From NCBI GenBank assembly GCA_020348925.1, contig CP070758.1, positions 4,355,688 through 4,419,687 on the forward strand: a stretch of 64,000 nt of DNA, read 5' to 3'. The notes under the pieces were generated by a model. The model was not told where the DNA came from. It saw nothing but the letters and a program-made list of their open reading frames with translations, and made no database searches. Origin of the DNA: Gemmatimonadota bacterium (GTDB lineage Bacteria > JBHIER01 > G020348925). The position numbers were made by a program, and so were the translations under genes. The first letter of the stretch is position 1. Every line of letters starts with the position of its first letter. Below, one piece after another: positions 1 through 9,456 of this stretch.

Positions 1-1
1 C

Positions 2-94
2 CATGAAGAAGAGTGTATTTGCCCCGGGCTTCAGAGAGGCGTGTGACGGGAAGAGGCAATTCCCCAATATCAAAGCCAATCTTTTTTTCGACAT
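2..94 (-). CDS. Photolyase-related protein (FeS-BCP/PhrB-CryB-like, DPRP family), N-terminus only; continues off the left edge
   Basis: Manual translation MSKKRLALILGNCLFPSHASLKPGANTLFFM resembles the 'L.LILGDQLF...vlMaE' start of this family. Divergent from the tspO/photolyase operon. Not in the ORF track. Confidence 0.6.
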   Translation of the reverse strand, partial: MSKKRLALILGNCLFPSHASLKPGANTLFFM

Positions 95-444
95 ATGCGG
101 AACGAACCGGTTGTGAGATGTGATGATTAACCGACCATCTCAAAGAGAACTGACATTTGAGCCTGAACCATGGCGCTCTCCACAAACATACAAATATTTT
201 CCTTCGGAGACAAGAATAGATTCCTCAGGGACAAAAGATTGCTTGATATTTCCCTTTCTTCAAGCTAATTTCTTTTCATGAATGGCAATCGTTTCTTATC
301 CCTGGGTGTGGTTCCAGGGAGGTCAGAATATCGTCATAAGCGAATGACAGGCAAGGGCACTGACCTGAATCACCGCGCACTGTGTATCGGCAGGGAAACT
401 CATTCTTGCCCAATAAACGGGACGGGAATTGATGGGAGGATGTC

Positions 445-915
445 GTGGGCGCCTTGAAAATTATAGCATGCATAGTCATTTGCCAGTTTGTGGGATTTCT
501 TGGCTCTTTCTTCACTGCTCCTGCCATACCAACCTGGTATGCCGCGTTGAACAAGCCTTCTTTCACCCCACCAAACTGGGTCTTCGGGCCGGTCTGGATT
601 ACCCTATATTTAATGATGGGTATTTCGGCTTACCTGGTCTGGCGCTTGGGGCTTAATGAACCAGGTGTGAAAACGGCGTTGCTCCTGTTCGGGCTGCAGC
701 TGGCTCTCAACGCACTGTGGTCTCCGGTCTTCTTCGGGCTGAAATCCCCCCTGGCAGGGGCGGCCGTAATCATTCTGCTTTGGATCGTTTTGCTGGCCAC
801 CATCATGGTCTTTTTCAATCTGTCCAGAATATCAGCCATTCTGCTTATCCCCTATATTTTATGGGTAAGCTATGCTGCCGTTCTGAACATATCAATCATG
901 ATCTTAAATTCATAG
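445..915 (+). CDS. tspO: TspO/MBR tryptophan-rich sensory protein
   Basis: WYAALNKPSFTPPNWVFGPVW, LNALWSPVFFG and LIPYILWVSYA motifs; about five hydrophobic helices. Confidence 0.95.
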   Translation: MGALKIIACIVICQFVGFLGSFFTAPAIPTWYAALNKPSFTPPNWVFGPVWITLYLMMGISAYLVWRLGLNEPGVKTALLLFGLQLALNALWSPVFFGLKSPLAGAAVIILLWIVLLATIMVFFNLSRISAILLIPYILWVSYAAVLNISIMILNS

Positions 916-933
916 CCACTGGAGAGATACCAT

Positions 934-1908
934 ATGCGAACATTTGTGAAACCCAAGGTCGTCGTGAGCAAATGCCTCGAGTTCGATGCCTGCCGCTGGA
1001 ACGGAGCCATGATCTCGTCCGATGTGGTCCGGCTCCTGAAACCCCACGTGGATTTCACTCCGGTCTGTCCGGAAATGGAAATCGGGCTCGGGGTACCCAG
1101 AAAACCGATCCGCATCCTGTCCGTAAATGGCGAACTCTCGCTCATGCAGCACGAGACGGAAAAAGACGTGACTGAGGACATGGTGAGTTTTGGTGACGGG
1201 TTTCTCGGGTCAGTGGGTGCTGTGGACGGATTCATCCTGAAGTACCGATCCCCTTCGTGCGGGCTGAAGGACGTCATGTTCTATCCCAGCCTGGGAAAAT
1301 CGAGATCCATCGGTCGAGGGTGCGGTATTTTCGGGGGTGCCGTGCTGGAGCGGTTTCCCCTGCTGCCCATCGAGGACGAGGGGCGCTTGAGCAACTACCG
1401 GATCCGCGAGCACTTCCTGACGAAGCTGTTCGCCTTTGCCGATTTCCGGGAAGTGAAAAAGATCAGGAAAATGAAGGAGCTCGTGCGGTTCCAGACCCAC
1501 AACAAATTCATGCTCATGGCTTACAATCAGAAAGAGCTGAGGCTGATGGGTCGCATCGTCGCCAACCCGGAGAAGAAACCGATCGAGACGGTGCTGCGGG
1601 AATACGAGCAGCATCTGTCGAGCGCTTTTCTGAAAATACCGAGATACACGTCCCACATCAATGTACTCATGCACGCCCTGGGATATTTTTCCGATGCACT
1701 CTCTGCCAAGGAAAAAGCGTTCTTCCTCGATTCCCTCGAACAATACCGCAACGAAAAGATCCCGTTGAGCGTGCCGGTGAATATCGCCCAATCGTGGATC
1801 GTCCGTTTCGAAAACGAATACCTCTCGAACGAGACCTTCTTCGAACCGTACCCCCAGGACCTCGTCGAAATCACCGATTCGGGCAAGGGCAGGAAATTGA
1901 AGGGCTGA
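934..1908 (+). CDS. ybgA: DUF523 (TudS-like Fe-S desulfidase) + DUF1722 fusion, YbgA family
   Basis: SKCL, PVCPE, SPSCG and IEDEGRL motifs; C-terminal FQTHNKFMLMA and HINVLMHALGYF. Confidence 0.9.
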   Translation: MRTFVKPKVVVSKCLEFDACRWNGAMISSDVVRLLKPHVDFTPVCPEMEIGLGVPRKPIRILSVNGELSLMQHETEKDVTEDMVSFGDGFLGSVGAVDGFILKYRSPSCGLKDVMFYPSLGKSRSIGRGCGIFGGAVLERFPLLPIEDEGRLSNYRIREHFLTKLFAFADFREVKKIRKMKELVRFQTHNKFMLMAYNQKELRLMGRIVANPEKKPIETVLREYEQHLSSAFLKIPRYTSHINVLMHALGYFSDALSAKEKAFFLDSLEQYRNEKIPLSVPVNIAQSWIVRFENEYLSNETFFEPYPQDLVEITDSGKGRKLKG

Positions 1909-1919
1909 AACAGGACCTT

Positions 1920-3398
1920 ATGGTTACGAATACGAATACAATCGGGACTGTTCTCGTAACCGGCGCCACAGGGTACATCGGCGGTCGTCTCGTTCCCCGC
2001 CTCCTGGAGGAAGGATACTGCCTGCGCGTCATGGTCCGTGACGCGACGAGACTTCAGGGACGATCCTGGGTCAACCGGGTTGAGATCGCCGAGGGCGATC
2101 CGCTCAAGCCGGAGACACTGTCCGGCGCGTTCAAGGGTCTCGATGTGGCCTACGCCTTCATTCACAGTCGTTACAGGGGCGCCGACTTTCACACCAAAGA
2201 CATGGAGGCCGCGAAAAATTTCGGCGCGGCGGCCAAGGCCGCCGATGTCAAACGGATCATTTACCTGGGAGGCCTCGGCGATCCCGAGACCAAATTGTCC
2301 GAGCATTTGCGCTCGCGTCAGCTAACCGCGAAATCCTTGAGCGAGGGAGGTGTGCCGGTGACCCACTTCAGGGCGGCCATCATCATCGGCTCCGGCAGCG
2401 CCTCTTTCGAAATGATCCGGTATATGACCGAGCGCGTGCCGCCCATGATCTGTCCCAGATGGGTCTTCAGCCGCATCCAGCCCATTGCCATTGATGACGT
2501 CATGAGTTACCTGGCCATGGCGCTGAAGGTCCCGGAAAGTGCCGGGAAGACAATCGATATCGGAGGAAGGGACGTGATCACCTATGCCGACACCTTTCGA
2601 GGGTATGCAAAAGTGCGCGGACTGCGCCGCGTCATCATACCCGTCCCGGTCTTGACACCGAGACTGTCATCCCACTGGGTCCACTGGGTCACTCCCATGT
2701 CCGCCAAAATTGCCAGACCACTGATCGAAGGGCTTCGCAACGAGGTCGTCGTACGGAACGACCTGGCCCGGAGCATGTTCCCCGGCATTCATCCCATCGG
2801 TTATGAGGAGGCCGTGCGCAGGGCTCTGAAAAGTATCGAATCGGGCCGAGTTGAATCAACCTGGAGCGACGCGCTCTGCACAAGCTGCGGGGACAAACCG
2901 CCCGCCGTGCTGACCGACCAGGAGGGGATCATCACGAAGCGGATACAGAAGACGATCGAAGCCCCGGCCGAATCGGTCTACACCGTCGTCACAGGCCTCG
3001 GAGGAAAACGGGGATGGCTTTATTCCAATTGGGCCTGGTGGTCCCGGGGGCTGCTGGACCGGCTTTTCGGCGGGGTCGGTCTGCGACGGGGACGACGCCA
3101 TCCCGAAAATTTGAGGGCCGGTGATGTGGTCGATTTCTGGCGGGTCGAAAAACTTGAAACGAACCGACTCCTTCGCCTGCGCTCGGAGCTGAAATTTCCC
3201 GGCCGGCTCTGGCTCCAGTTCGAGATTCACCCCGGTGATACGGACACCTCGATCCTGGTCCAGACCTTCAATTACGTCCCCAAGGGATTCCCCGGATTCC
3301 TTTACTGGTACTTACTGCTGCCTCTTCACAATGTGATTCTGTCAGGGCTTGCCAGACAAATAAAAAAAGCCTCTGAAAAAGAAAATACTGAACCGTAA
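1920..3398 (+). CDS. YbjT-like atypical SDR (NAD(P)-binding) with C-terminal DUF2867
   Basis: VLVTGATGYIGG, SEHLRSR, GSGSASFEMIR and GDVVDFWRVE motifs. ATG 1920 follows AGGA; the 1257 start in the ORF track overlaps ybgA. Confidence 0.9.
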   Translation: MVTNTNTIGTVLVTGATGYIGGRLVPRLLEEGYCLRVMVRDATRLQGRSWVNRVEIAEGDPLKPETLSGAFKGLDVAYAFIHSRYRGADFHTKDMEAAKNFGAAAKAADVKRIIYLGGLGDPETKLSEHLRSRQLTAKSLSEGGVPVTHFRAAIIIGSGSASFEMIRYMTERVPPMICPRWVFSRIQPIAIDDVMSYLAMALKVPESAGKTIDIGGRDVITYADTFRGYAKVRGLRRVIIPVPVLTPRLSSHWVHWVTPMSAKIARPLIEGLRNEVVVRNDLARSMFPGIHPIGYEEAVRRALKSIESGRVESTWSDALCTSCGDKPPAVLTDQEGIITKRIQKTIEAPAESVYTVVTGLGGKRGWLYSNWAWWSRGLLDRLFGGVGLRRGRRHPENLRAGDVVDFWRVEKLETNRLLRLRSELKFPGRLWLQFEIHPGDTDTSILVQTFNYVPKGFPGFLYWYLLLPLHNVILSGLARQIKKASEKENTEP

Positions 3399-3430
3399 CA
3401 CATATTTCAAACCGCTTGAGTGTCGAAGAT

Positions 3431-4777
3431 ATGAATCCAAACCGCGTCCGAAAATTGAATAATAGAGATGAAGAGAGCGGTCCGGTCGTCTACTGGATGT
3501 CGCGTGATCAGCGGGTACGGGACAATTGGGCTCTTTTGTATGCACAGCACATTGCCTTGGAACGTAAGGCGCCTTTGACAGTCGTTTTCTGTCTTGTTCC
3601 GACTTTCCTCGGAGCGACCCTCAGGCAATACGGTTTTATGTTGAAGGGATTAGAAGAGGTCGAAAAGAGCTGTGCCGAGAAAAACGTCGGCTTCTTTCTG
3701 CTCAAAGGGGACCCTGAAGACGAGATCCCGAGATTCATAAAAAAGTATACAGTCGGTACTCTCGTCACGGATTTTGATCCGTTACGAATCAAGAAAGGTT
3801 GGAAAGATAAAATATCAGGGCGCATAAAAATTCCATTCTATGAGGTCGATGCCCACAATATTTTACCATGCTGGGTCGTATCCCAAAAGCAGGAATATGC
3901 GGCCTACACCATTCGCCCGAAAATACATCGAGCCCTTCTCGAATACCTGGAGGAATTTCCCCGCCTGAGAAAACATCCCTTTCCCTGGAAAGGAGAGGTG
4001 AAAAAGATCGATTGGGAGGGCGCGAAAAAAGCTCTTCACGTTGATACATCCGTTCCTGAGGTTTCATGGATTCGGCCGGGAGAGAAGGCAGGGCGGAGAG
4101 CCTTGACTCATTTTGTGAAGGATAAACTCCATCTGTATGATGAAAAAAGGAATGATCCCTCACAGGACGGGCAGTCGAATTTATCACCGTATATGCATTT
4201 CGGTCAGATTTCGGCCCAACGGGTAGCTCTTGAGGTCGAACACGCTGAGGTCCCTGGCAAGTTGAAAGAAGGTTTTATCGAAGAGCTGGTCGTTCGAAGA
4301 GAGTTATCGGACAACTTTTGTCTCTACAATACAAATTACGACAACATTGTGGGTGTCCCCGATTGGGCCAAAAAGACTTTAGAAAGACATAAGAAAGATA
4401 AGAGAGAATACCTCTATTCTCCGGATGAATTTGAAACGGGTGTGACGCACGACAAACTCTGGAATGCGGCCCAAACCGAAATGGTGAAACAGGGCAAGAT
4501 GCACGGCTACATGAGGATGTACTGGGCCAAGAAAATTCTGGAATGGACAAAATCGCCGGAGGAAGCTATTGAAATTGCCATCTCTCTCAACGACAGATAC
4601 GAGCTCGATGGGAGAGACCCGAACGGGTACGTCGGTGTCATGTGGTCAATTGGCGGTGTGCACGACAGGGCCTGGTTCGAGCGCCCGATTTTCGGAAAGA
4701 TCCGGTACATGAGTTATAATGGATGTAAGAGTAAGTTCGACGTCGAGAAGTATATTGAGAAGGTGAAAGATTTATAG
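3431..4777 (+). CDS. phr: Class II CPD DNA photolyase
   Basis: VVYWMSRDQRVRDNWAL, SNLSPYMHFGQISAQR, RRELSDNF, GKMHGYMRMYWAKKILEW, DGRDPNGY and HDRAW motifs. Confidence 0.95.
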   Translation: MNPNRVRKLNNRDEESGPVVYWMSRDQRVRDNWALLYAQHIALERKAPLTVVFCLVPTFLGATLRQYGFMLKGLEEVEKSCAEKNVGFFLLKGDPEDEIPRFIKKYTVGTLVTDFDPLRIKKGWKDKISGRIKIPFYEVDAHNILPCWVVSQKQEYAAYTIRPKIHRALLEYLEEFPRLRKHPFPWKGEVKKIDWEGAKKALHVDTSVPEVSWIRPGEKAGRRALTHFVKDKLHLYDEKRNDPSQDGQSNLSPYMHFGQISAQRVALEVEHAEVPGKLKEGFIEELVVRRELSDNFCLYNTNYDNIVGVPDWAKKTLERHKKDKREYLYSPDEFETGVTHDKLWNAAQTEMVKQGKMHGYMRMYWAKKILEWTKSPEEAIEIAISLNDRYELDGRDPNGYVGVMWSIGGVHDRAWFERPIFGKIRYMSYNGCKSKFDVEKYIEKVKDL

Positions 4778-4829
4778 ATAGTATGTAACGATCAGCATGC
4801 TTGAGGTCAATGAGAAAAAGAGCCGGTGT

Positions 4830-4938
4830 TGTCCCTCTTTCCAAAGAGCCTGCCCTGGGCTTGACGAAGGTGGGACATAGGGGTATTCGAACCAGAAAAT
4901 ATCGAATTCTCTCTGACTCCCCTGTGAAAAAAAGGGGA
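4830..4938. repeat. Nested REP-like palindromes
   Basis: TGTCCCTCTTT-CC-AAAGAG...GGACA is split by a 24-nt insert CCTGCCCTGGGCTTGACGAAGGTG; a second hairpin TCCCCT..AGGGGA lies at 4918-4938. Confidence 0.55.
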
Positions 4939-5069
4939 AAAAATATTGATCCCGTAATTTTACTTCCTTGCCCGAAAATCGGTAGACCCGATCACGTCAC
5001 AGAATTATATTACGATGCCATGTATACTGGAAACGATGACACAAGGAATACACTCAGGAATGGGAATGT

Positions 5070-5627
5070 ATGGAAAATATGACACACGAAGAGATGCTCG
5101 AGGCAACTCGGAGAAATGACGCCACCTACGACGGAACGTTCTATGTTGGCGTGCTTTCGACCGGCATCTACTGTCTTCCCTCGTGCAAAGCGAAGCTGCC
5201 CCTCATCAAAAATATCGTCTTCTTTGCGACCCGCGACGAAGCCATTGCCGCCGGACTTCGAGGGTGTAAACGGTGCAAATCGGAATTCTACCCCAACGTG
5301 GTACCCTCCTGGCTGGATGATCTTGTCGCCTTCATGAGAAAAGAGAGGTGCAATAAAATCGACGAAAGCAAGCTTGCCGAAATAGCCAAAGTTGATATCT
5401 CGACCATAAGAAGATACTTCAAGTTATATCTTCAAAACACACCCATGGCATTCCACCGAAAGCTGCGCCTGGCCCATGCACGAAAATTGATTGAGAACGG
5501 CGTGGATTATCTGACGGCGGCCTACGAGTGCGGCTTCGAGTCATCCTCAGGTTTCCGTGACGCCTTCACTAAAGAATACGGGCTACCACCAGGAGAGTAC
5601 TTTGCGCAACGATCACATCGTTTATAA
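5070..5627 (+). CDS. adaA: AdaA: methylphosphotriester methyltransferase / AraC-family activator
   Basis: Zn ligands GIYCLPSC...GCKRC; AraC HTH AYECGFESSSGFRDAF. Confidence 0.9.
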   Translation: MENMTHEEMLEATRRNDATYDGTFYVGVLSTGIYCLPSCKAKLPLIKNIVFFATRDEAIAAGLRGCKRCKSEFYPNVVPSWLDDLVAFMRKERCNKIDESKLAEIAKVDISTIRRYFKLYLQNTPMAFHRKLRLAHARKLIENGVDYLTAAYECGFESSSGFRDAFTKEYGLPPGEYFAQRSHRL

Positions 5628-6123
5628 AGAATTGGAGAGCCCCATAGGAATACTCATTGCCGGAACGACCCCAAAGGGCGTTTGTCTTCTTGAATTTGAA
5701 GACAGAGGCGGGCTCGACAGAATCAAACAGCGTATGTTGAAGCGGTATGGGTTCGAAATCGCGCCTGGGACGAATTCTTTCATAGATCAACTCGAATCCG
5801 AGGTGTGCCGGTACTTCGAGGGAGCGCTCAAAACCTTTATGGTGCCTTTAGATCTTAAAGGTACGCCCTTTCAAATGGCTGTCTGGCAGCAATTGCTCAA
5901 CATTCCCTATGGTGAAACAACAACATACGGTGAAATCGCGTCGTTTCTCGGAAAGCCCGGTGCAATGCGAGCGGTGGGGAGGGCCAACGGTGATAACTTT
6001 ATTGCCATTGTGATCCCCTGTCATCGGGTCATTCAAGCAGACGGGAACCTGCGAGGTTATGGCGGCGGGATATGGCGCAAACGTCGTCTTCTGGAATTAG
6101 AAAAACAACATGTCTCTATGTAA
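5602..6123 (+). CDS. adaB: O6-methylguanine-DNA methyltransferase (AdaB/Ogt)
   Basis: GTPFQ, IPYGETTTYG, RAVGRA and active-site PCHRV motifs; TTG start 6 nt after AGGAG. Confidence 0.9.
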   Translation: MRNDHIVYKELESPIGILIAGTTPKGVCLLEFEDRGGLDRIKQRMLKRYGFEIAPGTNSFIDQLESEVCRYFEGALKTFMVPLDLKGTPFQMAVWQQLLNIPYGETTTYGEIASFLGKPGAMRAVGRANGDNFIAIVIPCHRVIQADGNLRGYGGGIWRKRRLLELEKQHVSM

Positions 6124-6177
6124 CCTGGACCAATTGAAGAACCGAAAAAAGTAGAGACAGCATTCATTGATGTCCGA

Positions 6178-6198
6178 GGACAGGTTTGAAACCTGTCC
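6178..6198. terminator. Palindrome between convergent genes (REP-like or bidirectional terminator)
   Basis: GGACAGGTTT-G-AAACCTGTCC, perfect 10-bp inverted repeat. Confidence 0.5.
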
Positions 6199-6277
6199 CT
6201 GTATTTTACAACAGGAGAATTTGTAACTCCCAATTTGATATGGGGCGCTTTGAAGTCCGATGGAAAATCGTACGCGA

Positions 6278-7015
6278 CTACTTCCGCAGCGCCGCTTTTG
6301 AGAAGATATACTCCGGAATATCAATATCATACGTAACGGATTCGATAAGAAACTCCGTGCCATCACCGCTTTTCAATTCGTCTTTGAAGACGACTCGTTC
6401 CCCAACCCAACGGTCCCCTTCCTTTATCACACTCTTCACTTCCGTTGTCTTCAGCAATTTTCCGCTTTTCGCGTACCGGTTCTCTTTGAGAGCCAGATAC
6501 CGCTCCTTGTCTACCCAGATATCCCGCGAATGATAGGCGACGTCCGTCTCCTTGGCCGTTAATTTGAGCACCCAGCAGGGACGCTCCATGAAGGTTTCTT
6601 CTCCAACCACCTCCGCCTCATAAAGCCTTAGAAGATGACGATCCTCCATCATATCCTCGTAGGACAGGTCCGAGCCCATGACCGATTGTCTGAGCATGTG
6701 TCCCGAGATCTTGATGATCCTGTCCGTGGATGGAGAGTAGGTCCACAACTGCTCCTGGAGCTTCAGCATTTTTGTACCGCTCTCTCTGGGGGGCTCCAGG
6801 TACTCGGTGAAGGATCGATCCGCCCCCTCGATCCAGGACTGGGCCTTCAGGGTGCGGCTTCCCCGGCGGCCGTGTATGAGCATCTCATAGATAATTTTTC
6901 TGTTCCGAGCAATCTGGTTCTCATCGACCTTTTCGAGGATAGCTTCGCCTGATGGGACTTGTGCCATCCCCACGGTGGTTATCATCAACATGAGAGGAAT
7001 CATAAGCCGTTTCAT
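6278..7015 (-). CDS. Outer-membrane lipoprotein-sorting (LolA-like) periplasmic protein
   Basis: Signal peptide MKRLMIPLM..; EPPRESGTKML and MGSDLSYEDM motifs; start overlaps the upstream permease stop. Confidence 0.85.
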   Translation of the reverse strand: MKRLMIPLMLMITTVGMAQVPSGEAILEKVDENQIARNRKIIYEMLIHGRRGSRTLKAQSWIEGADRSFTEYLEPPRESGTKMLKLQEQLWTYSPSTDRIIKISGHMLRQSVMGSDLSYEDMMEDRHLLRLYEAEVVGEETFMERPCWVLKLTAKETDVAYHSRDIWVDKERYLALKENRYAKSGKLLKTTEVKSVIKEGDRWVGERVVFKDELKSGDGTEFLIESVTYDIDIPEYIFSKAALRK

Positions 7016-8286
7016 ACCTCTAACTCCTTCATTAAGTGCGACGTCTGTCGCTTGTAAATTCCAATACCAGAAATGGCCGTACCGAGGAACGTGGCGATCA
7101 GTCCGGGTACAAAACCGATAATCAGGCTGGTGGGCGTCACTCTGGCACGCATCACATCTGAGATCATCATGGATGCGTTCCTCAACATCGATGAAATGTC
7201 CAGCCCCTTGACTTGAAGGTAGTATGAGATGGCCAGACCGACAATCGTTCCCAGTATAGAACCGAAACAACCGATCATCAGCGACTCGGCGATCATTGAG
7301 CGATACAGGTGGCTTTTGCGCTCGCCGATGGCGAGTCTCACTCCAATTTCACCATAACGCCGCATACTCCCGATGAGGCCGGCGTTCCACAGTACAATGG
7401 ACATGACCACGACGAAAATCGTGATGACGATACCGGAAAAGGTGTCCATTAGGTCGAGCAACTCCCCCAGACCGCCCTGATCGCTCAGGGTTTGCATGAT
7501 CGGCGAGAAAGCGTCATCGGACTTCTGGAATCGGTTATTAAAGGCAGCAGTAAGGTCGACTGCTCTTCCGGGATAGTAAAAGGAGTCGTTGAAGAAACCT
7601 AAAATCTCGCCGGAAGCGTCTTCCATGTCCAAGGCGTACTGAACGTCCGAGATGTCGGCGATCATCGAACCGCGGTCCAGGGCAACGATCCCGAAGCGAA
7701 TCGTCCCCACGACTATGAAATTATGGGCGGCCATGCCCCCATACATAGTGGAGCTGATGAGTGTGGCTGTCTCGCCAAGTTCAATTTTCAATCGTCCGGC
7801 AAAATCGTCGCTGATGACGATCTCTCCCGGCCTCTCAGGAAGTCTGCCGCGAACGACAGAATTATTGAGGTTGAGGAGGCTGTGCTCCCGGCTTTGTGAA
7901 GAAAAAAGGTCGACGCCAAGCCCCATCACTGGCCCCTGAGCCCTCGTCTCCCCCTGTTCATCCGGAATATCCAGCAGGCCACCGAATTTGATACGCGGTG
8001 TCCATATCATGTGAGGAAACCGCGCATTCAATTCTTTCAGGAGTTCGGAAGCGCCGACGAAAGCCAGATCGTTCGGGATTTGATCGGATTCGGCGGCGTA
8101 GGCCTGGGACATGATTTTCACATGGCCTGTTTCAAAGTTGGCGCTCGACTTGATCATATCCTCTGTAATACCCTGTATCCAGCAATAGAGAACCACGGTC
8201 AGCATGACGCCGGCCAAAACGGTCAATACCGGAAATAAGGATCGAGATCGATCGCGAATTAAGCCTTTCAGTAAAAAGCGTATCAT
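7012..8286 (-). CDS. ABC transporter permease (LolE/FtsX-MacB type)
   Basis: N-terminal TM, large periplasmic domain, RRYGEIGVRLAIG, three C-terminal TMs. Confidence 0.9.
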   Translation of the reverse strand: MIRFLLKGLIRDRSRSLFPVLTVLAGVMLTVVLYCWIQGITEDMIKSSANFETGHVKIMSQAYAAESDQIPNDLAFVGASELLKELNARFPHMIWTPRIKFGGLLDIPDEQGETRAQGPVMGLGVDLFSSQSREHSLLNLNNSVVRGRLPERPGEIVISDDFAGRLKIELGETATLISSTMYGGMAAHNFIVVGTIRFGIVALDRGSMIADISDVQYALDMEDASGEILGFFNDSFYYPGRAVDLTAAFNNRFQKSDDAFSPIMQTLSDQGGLGELLDLMDTFSGIVITIFVVVMSIVLWNAGLIGSMRRYGEIGVRLAIGERKSHLYRSMIAESLMIGCFGSILGTIVGLAISYYLQVKGLDISSMLRNASMMISDVMRARVTPTSLIIGFVPGLIATFLGTAISGIGIYKRQTSHLMKELEV

Positions 8287-9455
8287 GTCATCTTTCCCCT
8301 GAGTGCATCGGTCGGTTTGAGTTTCGCAATCCTTCTGCTTGGCAAATAGCTCACAACAGTGGTTACAAGAAGTATGACCGCCGTTGTTCCCACAATCAGA
8401 GCGGCACTATATTCGGGAAAGAGCTTGTCACCGATCGCAATTCCGTATTGATCCATCGATTGGGGTAGAGGCCATCCTTTGAAGGTGAAATACGTCAAGA
8501 GAGGTATACCGTAAACGGCTGAAATGATTGCGGCCAAAAGGCCGTGCATGGCGCCTTCCAGGGTGAAAAGGAGGATGAGTTTTGCTCTCGTCAGTCCCAG
8601 CGCCATCAAGGTACCCATCTCTTTGCGTCGCCTGAAAATGGAAAGGATCTGCGTGTTAAAGATTGCCAGCATAGCAAGAAAAAGCAGAATGACGTAAAGT
8701 ATGCCTCTCGAAATTGTTCTGGCCTTCATCATGTCACGGATATCCTTTAAAAGAACATCCTGGCTCTGAAAAGACCAACCTTCGATTTTTTCTTTCAATC
8801 CGATCTGCTGATCGATCACAACAAGGGTCGCCTCACCCTCCATCTGGGTCATCCCCTGCAAAGTTTCCAGAGGAATCCAGATCTGATTATTGTCAATACT
8901 CTGGACAGAGGTGCGCATGATCTGAACGATCTCAACATCTCTGGCATCGAACGTTCCGTCTCTGTCTCGCCACCTGAGAGTGACAGAATCCCCGATCCGT
9001 AATCCTGTGCTTTTTGCCATTCGGTTGCCGATAAGGGCAGGGACCATTGCACTCTCTCCTGTGAGGAAGTGAGATGGTATGGTCAACACCTTCTGCTCAG
9101 GATCGATACCCTTGAGGAGAATTGTCCGGATCCGGCCATTGGGATAGATCGTGCCCTGGGTGATTAAAAGGGGCGTCGCTTTCCTGTCCCTGACCCATTT
9201 CTGAAGAGTTGAGGGTATAACCCCATGGGCCTCCTGTAATGCAAAGGGGTCGTATGGATCGTAATTTTCGTTCCAATATTGTCCGCCGCCGTATTCGGCA
9301 TCGATCTGCGATCGGCTGATCTGCTGGTACATGCCGATGTTGAAACCCTGCGTCCAAATGATGGTGACATAGGCAATGGACAGAACGACTACATTCAGCC
9401 AGGTACGCAATCCCGCTCCTAATAAATTTCGCATGGCCAATCTGGGAACAAGCAT
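8283..9455 (-). CDS. ABC transporter permease (LolE/FtsX-MacB type)
   Basis: LAMRNLL, RRRKEMGTLMALG and PSRRIAKLKPTDALR motifs. Confidence 0.9.
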   Translation of the reverse strand: MLVPRLAMRNLLGAGLRTWLNVVVLSIAYVTIIWTQGFNIGMYQQISRSQIDAEYGGGQYWNENYDPYDPFALQEAHGVIPSTLQKWVRDRKATPLLITQGTIYPNGRIRTILLKGIDPEQKVLTIPSHFLTGESAMVPALIGNRMAKSTGLRIGDSVTLRWRDRDGTFDARDVEIVQIMRTSVQSIDNNQIWIPLETLQGMTQMEGEATLVVIDQQIGLKEKIEGWSFQSQDVLLKDIRDMMKARTISRGILYVILLFLAMLAIFNTQILSIFRRRKEMGTLMALGLTRAKLILLFTLEGAMHGLLAAIISAVYGIPLLTYFTFKGWPLPQSMDQYGIAIGDKLFPEYSAALIVGTTAVILLVTTVVSYLPSRRIAKLKPTDALRGKMT

Positions 9456-9456
9456 A

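Noticed and set aside
1257-1919. 220-aa N-terminal extension of the YbjT-like ORF overlapping ybgA
   Set aside because: Arg/Pro/Gly-rich off-frame read of a GC-rich gene; the true start fits ATG 1920 with an RBS
7016-7270. N-terminal extension of the LolA-like ORF
   Set aside because: Overlaps the permease; the signal peptide begins at 7015
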